Part shown: positions 8,859 through 16,008 of the stretch, one piece after another
Numbering within the stretch: the stretch's first letter is position 1
Layout: the number at the start of each line of letters is the position of its first letter
Assembly (NCBI GenBank): GCA_000997385.1
Contig: LCBT01000003.1
Span: 892 to 64,891 of the forward strand
DNA length: 64,000 bases
Direction of reading: 5' to 3'
DNA from: Candidatus Daviesbacteria bacterium GW2011_GWA1_41_61
GTDB taxonomy: Bacteria; Patescibacteriota; Microgenomatia; Daviesbacterales; UBA10151
Made by a program: the position numbers and the translations under genes
The notes under the pieces: model-generated
Seen by the model: only the letters and a program-made list of their open reading frames with translations
Databases searched by the model: none
Told to the model about the DNA's origin: nothing

Positions 8859-9248
8859 ATGAAGAGAGGTTTTGCTGCTTTATCAACGGTCTTAATTTTA
8901 GCTTCGGTAGTGGTATCTATTGCCTTGACAGTTTCTTTACTGTCTATTGGTGAGGCTCAATCTGGTCTAGCTCTATTTAAAGGGGAAGATAACTTAAGTT
9001 TGGTGGAAGGGTGTGTGGAGGATGTAATGCTGAAAGTTCGGGCTGATCAAAATTACAATGCCAATGGGGCAACTATTACCAGGCCAGAGGGGACGTGTCT
9101 GATCAGTGTTAACAGTGGCTTGGGAGGGCCGGTCAACTGGGATTTAACTGTGACTTCCCAGTCTCTTGATTATCAAAGGCAGGTGAGAATAATTTTTACC
9201 AGAAATCCTACTGGCATTACCTTAAATAGCTGGAAAGAGATTAATTAA
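8859..9248 (+). CDS. minor pilin-like protein lacking Glu+5 (PilX/GspK-like)
   Basis: MKRG|FAALSTVLILASVVVSIALTV has the G-1/F+1 and hydrophobic helix but no E at +5, as in GspK/PilX-type minor pilins. Start abuts the stop of the preceding pilin gene. Confidence 0.5.
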   Translation: MKRGFAALSTVLILASVVVSIALTVSLLSIGEAQSGLALFKGEDNLSLVEGCVEDVMLKVRADQNYNANGATITRPEGTCLISVNSGLGGPVNWDLTVTSQSLDYQRQVRIIFTRNPTGITLNSWKEIN

Positions 9249-9258
9249 AAAATGGGTA

Positions 9259-9299
9259 TTGACAGAGGTAAAAAATTATGATGATACTTGATATAGAGT
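9259..9299 (+). promoter_or_regulatory. putative sigma70-type promoter upstream of candidate major pilin gene
   Basis: TTGACA (9259-9264), 17-nt spacer, TGATAC/TTGATA -10-like hexamers, ATG at 9307. Sequence-only prediction. Confidence 0.3.
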
Positions 9300-9306
9300 A
9301 AAAAAT

Positions 9307-9801
9307 ATGACTGCCCAAACTAAAAAAACTTCCCCAGGCTTTACTTTGATTGAACTTCTGATAGCTTTAACTATTATAACTATCTTAGCAGTTTCAGTCT
9401 TTGTAGCTTTAAACCCAGCCCAAAGGTTAAAGGATGCCAAGGATGCCAGAAGATCTACTGATGTGGACAGTATTTTAACAGCCGTTCACCAATCAATTGT
9501 TGATAATAAAGGAACTTATCCTTCTAACTTCCCGGCAGCTGGGACAGAGGCACAACTTGGAACTGATGGTAGCGCCTGCGGGATTAGTAATACCAAGTGT
9601 AATTTTGCCACTGCTGCTTGCGCCAATTTACTGACCGGAAGCCAAAATTTAGCTACTTATTTAAAGGATATGCCCATTGACCCCAATGGGACAGCCAATG
9701 CTGCCAAAACAGGCTACTCTGTAGTCAGAGATTCTAATGGAATTGTTACTATCAAAGCCTGCTATACCGACGGTACAGCCACGATCAGCGCTTCCAGATA
9801 G
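9307..9801 (+). CDS. type IV pilin (candidate major pilin, PilA/PilE-like)
   Basis: MTAQTKKTSPG|FTLIELLIALTIITILAVSVFVALNPAQRLKDAKDARRSTDVDSILTA is a long alpha1 helix typical of major pilins. Cysteines in the C-terminal half (C..C pairs) are compatible with a D-region disulfide. Best promoter in the locus lies just upstream. Confidence 0.7.
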   Translation: MTAQTKKTSPGFTLIELLIALTIITILAVSVFVALNPAQRLKDAKDARRSTDVDSILTAVHQSIVDNKGTYPSNFPAAGTEAQLGTDGSACGISNTKCNFATAACANLLTGSQNLATYLKDMPIDPNGTANAAKTGYSVVRDSNGIVTIKACYTDGTATISASR

Positions 9802-9878
9802 TTTAGCATTTCACCGTCTTCACCTAGCATGTTACAATAAACATAGTTCTTTTCTCGCTTTGTTCAAAAAAATTTACC

Positions 9879-10967
9879 ATGTTTTCTTTTGACTCCTTAA
9901 AAACCATTTTTTACCTTAAAGATAAGTCACTGCTAATTTATAGTGACAAGCTATCAGATGGTTTTATAAAATGGGATTTTCCTCCCCGGCTGGTAGAGAA
10001 TTTAGAGATTCAGGACCAGACAGCTTTTACAGATCAGTTGACTGCCTGGATTAGCGGGGCTAAGCTGGGTAAACAGAAAGCCTTAATTGTTTTATCAGAA
10101 GAGGTTTTATTTAGCAAAACTTTATCTTCCGATGATAGAAATACCGCTTCTTCTGTTGAGAGCTTCTTAAACGAGATCCCTTTTGATTCTGAAAAAGTAG
10201 CCAAGATATATTTTTCCGCAGATAGCGGTATCGTGTTGGCAGCTACCAATAAAGAGCTTTATCAGACGGTGATTGGTGCTTTGGAGAAGTTGGGATGGGA
10301 AATCGCGGCGGTAGTTCCTTCTTTAATCTGGGGTCAACTGGGTGAAACCTTAGATCCACCAAGGATTCTGCAAAAACCTGATCTTCTCAAAAGTAATAAT
10401 TTTTTAACTCCTCCGGATTTTAATAATCTGCTCGCTCAGACTGAAACTAAAGAAGAAGCAGCCGGTGAAAAGATCGCTCAGATTGAAGCTAAAAAGGGAA
10501 GTACCTCTAAAATAATTTGGTGGGTAACCTTAGTCATCACTTTAATTTTAGCCGGAATTTTAGGAGTTACCTTAAGGGAGAATTTCCTTAAATCCTCTGC
10601 GAAAAAAACAGCTGCACCTGCGGCAGTTTTTTCACCGACTCCTTTTTTTACTGTTACTCCTACACCTTTGATAGAAGTTAGTAAGGAAGATCTGAAGGTA
10701 GAAGTTTTAAATGGTACCGGGATACCAGGTCAGGCAGTTGGAGTGAAAGAGCTTTTACAAAAGCTGGGGTTTGTAAAGTTTGAGGTGGGTAATACTGAAG
10801 AGAAAGTGACTGAGGCAGTGGTAATTTTTTCAAATAGGGTGTCCCAAGATATTCAAGATGAAGTTTTAGAAGAGCTTCAAAAAACTTTTACCAAGGTCTG
10901 GACCAGGACAGGGGAGATAGAAGCAGATATCCAAGTTACCACCGGTAAGTATCTTCAGAAGGAGTAA
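9879..10967 (+). CDS. pilus-locus bitopic membrane protein: PilM-like N-terminal half, TM helix, C-terminal LytR_C-like domain
   Basis: N-terminal region (ALIVLSEEVLFSKTLS...IPFDSEKVAKIYFSADSGIVLAATNKELYQTVIGALEKLGWEIAAVVPS) resembles the first actin-like subdomain of PilM. TM helix IIWWVTLVITLILAGILGVTL. C-terminus LKVEVLNGTGIPGQAVGVKELLQKLGFVKFEVGN...AVVIF matches the LytR_C (LytR/CpsA/Psr C-terminal) pattern V.VLNG.G..G.A......L...GF.V...GN. Confidence 0.4.
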   Translation: MFSFDSLKTIFYLKDKSLLIYSDKLSDGFIKWDFPPRLVENLEIQDQTAFTDQLTAWISGAKLGKQKALIVLSEEVLFSKTLSSDDRNTASSVESFLNEIPFDSEKVAKIYFSADSGIVLAATNKELYQTVIGALEKLGWEIAAVVPSLIWGQLGETLDPPRILQKPDLLKSNNFLTPPDFNNLLAQTETKEEAAGEKIAQIEAKKGSTSKIIWWVTLVITLILAGILGVTLRENFLKSSAKKTAAPAAVFSPTPFFTVTPTPLIEVSKEDLKVEVLNGTGIPGQAVGVKELLQKLGFVKFEVGNTEEKVTEAVVIFSNRVSQDIQDEVLEELQKTFTKVWTRTGEIEADIQVTTGKYLQKE

Positions 10968-11065
10968 GCTCTTTTAACCTGGCTTTTTAGGCACAAAAGA
11001 CCAACTTCTTGCTTGATCTTACTTGGGCTTCTAGGGACACCCCTTAAAGGCCAGGCCTTGTGAGG

Positions 11066-12085
11066 CTAACTTTCAAACCAAGGAGTAAATTGGGGAGGGA
11101 TTAAGCCTTGGGCTAAACGCTTCTTCATTCTCTCTTTGACTAATTGACTTTGTTGGGACAATTTTTTTAAGTGTTCCATGGTAGTCAGAAACTCAGGATC
11201 TGTTATCAATTCAGCTTCACTTTTACTGTGACCTTTTAAATAATTAAAAGTTCGTCCCTCAATAGTTTCCAAACGGTCATAATTGGGAACTTCCAGGGTT
11301 TGCCAGACAAGATCCCTGCCATCAATAAAAAGTTTTCTAATCTCCTCCTCCATTCTAGCTTTTTCTCCTTCCATTGTAGCTATGCCCCCTTCCTTTTGGG
11401 ATTTACTTATACCCAACCTTTCTCTTAAAATCTCCTCCCCAAAGTCATGCAGTAGTAAATCATTGATCTGAGCCAGTTCTACTCTGGCTACACCACCAAC
11501 ACTTAATGCTTCCATGAGCAGTTCCTGATTGGGGTGAAAAAGAGTTTGGGTAATCTTTCTTTCGGCAATATCAATAGCTTTTTGGTAATAGTTAGTTGCT
11601 TGCTCTAAGTTAGGCTTTCTGCTGGCGGGTCTTCTTTCATAAGTTATGGCTTTGGCCCTGGCAATTTCTGCCTGCCAAATAATTGGTCCATGAAGGGTAT
11701 GGTTGATCTCATCCAAACTAGGGAGATATCGCTCTAATTTTCCCAGTTGTTTTAAAGCCCTATCTAACAGCCTATTTTTGGGGTGAGTAGCAGTTACACT
11801 ATACCTTGCCTGGCTTTCCAGGGCGTTGGCAGTCATAAAAATTGCCCCAGCTAAAGCCAAGACAACTCCTTCTTCAATTTTAGGAGCCACTCTTTGTAGA
11901 CGGTGTTCTGCCTGGAAAGCAAGTCTTAAGGCTCCTCTTATAATCTGATCATAATTTTGGTAGATTATTTCTCGGGGATGAATTTCCGCCTCACCACTGA
12001 CAGCAGCTCTATCCTGCTCTAGTTTATCTAAAGCAACTTTAAATTGAGCCACAATTTCTTCTGCTGGTCTTTCTTGATAAGCCAT
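11066..12085 (-). CDS. hypothetical soluble alpha-helical protein (339 aa)
   Basis: Long ORF, no TM segment, no motif I can recognise. Convergent with the pilus locus. Confidence 0.5.
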   Translation of the reverse strand: MAYQERPAEEIVAQFKVALDKLEQDRAAVSGEAEIHPREIIYQNYDQIIRGALRLAFQAEHRLQRVAPKIEEGVVLALAGAIFMTANALESQARYSVTATHPKNRLLDRALKQLGKLERYLPSLDEINHTLHGPIIWQAEIARAKAITYERRPASRKPNLEQATNYYQKAIDIAERKITQTLFHPNQELLMEALSVGGVARVELAQINDLLLHDFGEEILRERLGISKSQKEGGIATMEGEKARMEEEIRKLFIDGRDLVWQTLEVPNYDRLETIEGRTFNYLKGHSKSEAELITDPEFLTTMEHLKKLSQQSQLVKERMKKRLAQGLIPPQFTPWFES

Positions 12086-12183
12086 AAGTGTATTTTATTA
12101 CAAGATCTAATTTTGTGCAAAACTTAAGGTTTTATTTAAGGCCGTTGCAAGAGCTTTCCATAAATGGTAAACTTAACAACGAT

Positions 12184-12426
12184 ATGTTAATTTGTAGTCT
12201 GTGTCAAAAGGGAATGAAAAAAGTTGCCTGGTCCAGGCATAAAAAGGGATCTTCAGGTGCCGGTGGTACCTGGGCCTTGCGTGCTCAGATTCACAAAAGA
12301 ACCCAAAGACCTAATTTACATACCTATAGGGGTATTAAACTTTGTACCAAATGTCTTAGAATGGTTAAAGCTGCCTCTGACAAGGGTCGGGATTTATTAG
12401 CTGAACAATTTTCTCCAGCAGCTTGA
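12184..12426 (+). CDS. rpmB: ribosomal protein bL28
   Basis: MLICSLCQKG...RPNLHTYRGIKLCTKCLRMVKA matches the bL28 pattern (C-x-x-C-GK ... LPNLQ ... C-T-x-C-L). The ORF-track start at 12088 is probably a false 5' extension. Confidence 0.55.
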   Translation: MLICSLCQKGMKKVAWSRHKKGSSGAGGTWALRAQIHKRTQRPNLHTYRGIKLCTKCLRMVKAASDKGRDLLAEQFSPAA

Positions 12427-12506
12427 GCCTAAGTAAATTTCTTACCATTTTCTTACCTTTCTATTATTTGTTTATTTCTTTGTTTTCTAACAATGGATAT
12501 ATATCT

Positions 12507-12524
12507 ATGAGCCATCGGGCTCAT
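12507..12524. repeat. perfect 7-bp-stem hairpin atgagcc-ATCG-ggctcat downstream of rpmB
   Basis: Seen directly. Loop/junction sequence cCATCGGGc resembles the TCGGG loops of the RAYT-flanking hairpins at 47352-47370 and 48059-48077. No T-run follows. Confidence 0.3.
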
Positions 12525-12535
12525 ATCTTAAATCC

Positions 12536-13447
12536 ATGACAGAAGCACCCATTAAAGACATTAAATATTTCCCCATGCAGTGGCATCATTTAAAAAATAT
12601 AGTATCCCCTATGGATGAGACAAAATTTTTTATTATAACTCTTCCTGGGGGGAGAAAAATTAGGGCTGATTTAGCTGAGTTGACCCCTCCCCGGAAAGTA
12701 GAAAATAAAGAGCCCACCCCAAAGGATGAGCTCTCACCAAACTTTAGCCCGGCGGTAGCTTTTATGCCCTTGCTCCCTAGGTCAGTGGAATATATTCAAA
12801 GATTAAGGCAAGAGGGATGGGAGTTGTCCTGGGGGGATATGGCGGAGATTTTATTACAGACTCAAGCTATCCGGGATGTAATTAGTGTTTTTCATCAAAG
12901 GAGAGTTGAAGCGATTGCCGGAGGTCTTGCCGAGGTTTTAGGATATACAGGAGAGGCTTTAGAAAATGTCCGTTTGGCTGGGTTGCTGCATGATATTGGC
13001 AAAGATGGTGTTCCTGAGGAGATTGTCAAAAAGAAGGGGAAGTTAACAGAAGAGGAATGGAATGTTATGGACCGCCATCCGACAGTAAGCGGAGCAGTGT
13101 TGCAGGCCTTAAATTTTAAGAGGCAGGTTATTGATGCTGTTAGACAACACCACAAAGATTGTTTAGGGAATGGTTATCCAAAGACTATTTCAGTAAAGGA
13201 AATTACCCAGGAAGGACAAATTATTAAGATGGCTGATGAAATTGATGCTTCCTCCAATAATCGTGGCTACCCTCGAGAAATTAAAACCCCAGAAGAGCTT
13301 TGGGCTGAGTTTATTGAGGGCATGAAGGGGGGAAAGAAATATCTTAAAAGAGTTGTTTATGCAGTGAGAAAAGCTTATCAAACTAAGTTTAAGGAGTGGG
13401 AGGAAGTTCAAAGGATTTTTCAGCCTCAACCAGAGCTGTTAGCCTAA
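12536..13447 (+). CDS. HD-GYP domain protein (HD superfamily phosphohydrolase)
   Basis: GLLHDIGKDGVPEEI (HD motif in HD-GYP context) and RQHHKDCLGNGYPK, which matches HHE-x-x-DGSGYP of HD-GYP domains. N-terminal 100 aa of unknown function. Confidence 0.65.
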   Translation: MTEAPIKDIKYFPMQWHHLKNIVSPMDETKFFIITLPGGRKIRADLAELTPPRKVENKEPTPKDELSPNFSPAVAFMPLLPRSVEYIQRLRQEGWELSWGDMAEILLQTQAIRDVISVFHQRRVEAIAGGLAEVLGYTGEALENVRLAGLLHDIGKDGVPEEIVKKKGKLTEEEWNVMDRHPTVSGAVLQALNFKRQVIDAVRQHHKDCLGNGYPKTISVKEITQEGQIIKMADEIDASSNNRGYPREIKTPEELWAEFIEGMKGGKKYLKRVVYAVRKAYQTKFKEWEEVQRIFQPQPELLA

Positions 13448-14295
13448 AGCTCTTTTAGAGGGAAATTTGGATAACCTCTTAAAAACTCTTCTAATTTTAC
13501 TGGTTTTTTGCCTTCCATTTGGACAAGCCCTTCTGGTAAAAATTTAACCACTTTGTTATTCCATCTAGTCCAGGCTGTAGGCCAGGGATAATAAGCTCTG
13601 ATCATTCTGTCTAATTTATCTAAAGATGGAGGATTAGTAATTTCAAAAAACCCATCCTTTTTAGTAATAAGTTTGGTAAAAGTAGCAGCCTGATGGTTTT
13701 GTTCTTTTAAAGTGAGCTTTCCTTTAATATATTGGGGTATAACCTCGATTAAAATTTCAGCTGCTTCCTCAAACATTTTTATACTCAAAGAATCAAAAGT
13801 ATCTTGATCTGACATCCTTATCTCTTTTGTATAAAGTATCGGTCCATGGTCCATTTTGGCATCCATCTTAATAATGGTGATACCAGAGACTTTATCACCA
13901 TTTAAAATAGCAGCTGGGATAGGAGAAGACCCTCTATATTTAGGTAAAAGGGAGGGATGGACATTTAAAGCTCCCAGTCTGGGGATATTGAATAATTGTT
14001 GAGGTAAAATTTTACCATAGGCAGCTACTATATAAAGATCAGCATTTAAAAAGGGCAGATGGTTTTTGATAAATTCTTCATCCAGTTTTTCAGGTTTTAA
14101 AACTGGGATGCCATACTTTTGGGCTGTCTCAGCCACTGGGGATGAAGTGAGAATTTGTTTTCTGCCTACTGGTTTATCAGGAGCAGTCACTACTCCTTGT
14201 ACCTGGAAATGCTCAGTTAGCTTTTGCAAAATGGGAACCACCAAAGAAGGGGTTCCAAAGAAAACAAGGGGAATAATATTTGGGTCTGTTTTCAT
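13444..14295 (-). CDS. fmt: methionyl-tRNA formyltransferase
   Basis: VFFGTPSLVVPIL..., NVHPSLLPKYRGSSPI (formyltransferase SLLP motif) and a C-terminal Fmt domain. Confidence 0.85.
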   Translation of the reverse strand: MKTDPNIIPLVFFGTPSLVVPILQKLTEHFQVQGVVTAPDKPVGRKQILTSSPVAETAQKYGIPVLKPEKLDEEFIKNHLPFLNADLYIVAAYGKILPQQLFNIPRLGALNVHPSLLPKYRGSSPIPAAILNGDKVSGITIIKMDAKMDHGPILYTKEIRMSDQDTFDSLSIKMFEEAAEILIEVIPQYIKGKLTLKEQNHQAATFTKLITKKDGFFEITNPPSLDKLDRMIRAYYPWPTAWTRWNNKVVKFLPEGLVQMEGKKPVKLEEFLRGYPNFPLKEL

Positions 14296-14314
14296 ATATT
14301 TATATATCTAGCTT

Positions 14315-14333
14315 CGCAAGGACCAGCCTTGCG
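14315..14333. repeat. perfect hairpin CGCAAGG-accag-CCTTGCG in def–fmt intergenic spacer
   Basis: Seen directly: 7-bp stem, 5-nt loop, no U-tract. Possible RNA processing or regulatory element within the def-fmt transcript. Confidence 0.3.
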
Positions 14334-14336
14334 TGG

Positions 14337-14855
14337 CTAAAGTAATTTTACCGGTTCAAAGATGTCAGATCCGGCTTTGTCCTTACCAACTGTTTTATAG
14401 ATTTTACCTTTTTGCTTTAAAACGTGATCTATAAATAAAGTTCCATTTAAATGATCCATCTCATGTTGAAAGATCCAGGCATCAGTTCCCTGAAGCTTTT
14501 TAGTAATTTTTTTCCCCTTCTCATCTTCATACTTTACAGTAATAAAAGTAGATCTTTCAGTTTCTCCCCAGATATTAGGAATGGATAAACATCCTTCAAA
14601 ATAAGTTTTTTTCTTAGGGGAATAGGATAAAATGTGAGGATTAAAACAGATAATAAATTTTTTACCCGATTTAGCTATAAAAAATTTTTCATCTCTGCCT
14701 ACTTGAGTAGAAGCCAGCCCTACCCCTTCTGGATCCTTAAAGCTTTCTGTCAGTTTAACCATCTCTGCTGCTGTTTTTAAAAGCTCAGGAGTGACCTTTT
14801 TGATAGGTTTTGTCTTAATTCTTAATTTTAAATCAGGTGCTTTAACCACTTGCAT
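14337..14855 (-). CDS. def: peptide deformylase
   Basis: Motifs GVGLASTQVG, EGCLSIP and QHEMDHLNG (the three PDF metal-site motifs). Confidence 0.85.
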   Translation of the reverse strand: MQVVKAPDLKLRIKTKPIKKVTPELLKTAAEMVKLTESFKDPEGVGLASTQVGRDEKFFIAKSGKKFIICFNPHILSYSPKKKTYFEGCLSIPNIWGETERSTFITVKYEDEKGKKITKKLQGTDAWIFQHEMDHLNGTLFIDHVLKQKGKIYKTVGKDKAGSDIFEPVKLL

Positions 14856-14896
14856 GCCTAGATTTTATCATTTTGATCTTGAATTTGCCAATTTGA

Positions 14897-15742
14897 TTAT
14901 TTTTTAGCAATTACAAATAAATTATCCACATTTACCTGGCCTAAAGTGAGATTATCCACCATCCTGGTAAAATAGAAAAACCAATTTTTGGCTAACTTGG
15001 AAAATGGGTTTTTAGAGCCAGCCATGCTTTGGATGGGATGGAAGTGGACAAACTCTATTCTGTTGAAGCCATTCCGTTGGAGGACTTTTTTAATGGTTTG
15101 AGGGGAATAAATATTTACATGGTCTTTTGATTCTAAATAATAGACTCCTTTCTTTGTTCCCTTGATTAATTTTTTTAATCTGGCTTTGGGCAGCTGGTTT
15201 AAAATATTGGGGGTGTGAATAAAAAGCAACCCATCTTTTTTTAAAACGGAATGAAGATAAGAAATCAGAGGATGGGGGTTGGGGATGTGCTCAATGACAT
15301 CCCACAAGGTAATAATATCAAAGTAATTTTTAGGCAAATTAGACTGCTCAACCTTTCCTAAATAGACATTCTTTAGCTTTAATTTGTTCCGGGCAAATTT
15401 CACTGCTGAGGGAGATATCTCATAACCTACAGTTTGCCAACCGGAATAGGAGGAGATCTTTTTGACAAAAAATCCTAAACCGCAACCTACGTCCAGTAAC
15501 CTACCATTTTTCCCTTTTAAATACCTATTACAAAAATCAGTGTATATCTTTTCATGAGCCTCATTCCACCAATATTGCTCTTCTGACTTTATCTGATCAG
15601 GGAAATATCCGTCGTAATTTTGGTCAAGTTGATATGAAGAAAAAACATGTCCGCAGCTTTGGCATTTTAAAATATCAATATCAAATTCTTTGAAAATAAC
15701 TTTGTTATGTGAATCTTGACAGACAACACATTGTTTACTCAT
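14897..15742 (-). CDS. class I SAM-dependent methyltransferase with N-terminal C4 zinc ribbon
   Basis: CVVCQDSH...CQSCGH zinc ribbon. LLDVGCGLGFF is the SAM-binding motif I. Sits in the operon with def-fmt. Confidence 0.75.
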   Translation of the reverse strand: MSKQCVVCQDSHNKVIFKEFDIDILKCQSCGHVFSSYQLDQNYDGYFPDQIKSEEQYWWNEAHEKIYTDFCNRYLKGKNGRLLDVGCGLGFFVKKISSYSGWQTVGYEISPSAVKFARNKLKLKNVYLGKVEQSNLPKNYFDIITLWDVIEHIPNPHPLISYLHSVLKKDGLLFIHTPNILNQLPKARLKKLIKGTKKGVYYLESKDHVNIYSPQTIKKVLQRNGFNRIEFVHFHPIQSMAGSKNPFSKLAKNWFFYFTRMVDNLTLGQVNVDNLFVIAKK

Positions 15743-16005
15743 GTCTTCTTGTCATTTTTAAGTTGTTGTAACTTCCACATAAAAACCCTGGCTTTGGATT
15801 TGGCACTAGTGTAACCTTTGGTATAGTTTAAAGCCTCTTCTAAAAGACTTCTTTCATACTCTTTGGCTAACTTAATATAGAGAGAGTAGTGTTCGGGATC
15901 TCCTAAAGTGTCAGCTAAGAAAACTCCGTAAACTTGAAATTCTTGGGAGAGATTTTTAGGCCTGTTAGGGTTTCGCTCCTCCAGTATTTGTCCCAGGCGT
16001 TTCAT
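15739..16005 (-). CDS. small hypothetical protein (88 aa), translationally coupled to the methyltransferase
   Basis: 4-nt start/stop overlap with the downstream gene and a 3-nt gap to the upstream gene. No motif recognised. Confidence 0.4.
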   Translation of the reverse strand: MKRLGQILEERNPNRPKNLSQEFQVYGVFLADTLGDPEHYSLYIKLAKEYERSLLEEALNYTKGYTSAKSKARVFMWKLQQLKNDKKT

Positions 16006-16008
16006 CCA

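Noticed and set aside
2980-10967. pilT, pilD, pilN or pilO within the pilus locus
   Set aside because: No second GspE-family ATPase, no polytopic A24 peptidase (no DXD-type prepilin peptidase motif) and no canonical PilN/PilO ORFs are present. Only the chimeric 9879-10967 protein could cover part of that role.
10968-11065. Bidirectional terminator between the convergent genes (aaggcc-a-ggcctt)
   Set aside because: The stem is 6 bp but the loop is a single nucleotide and no U-tract follows on either strand. Not a credible intrinsic terminator.
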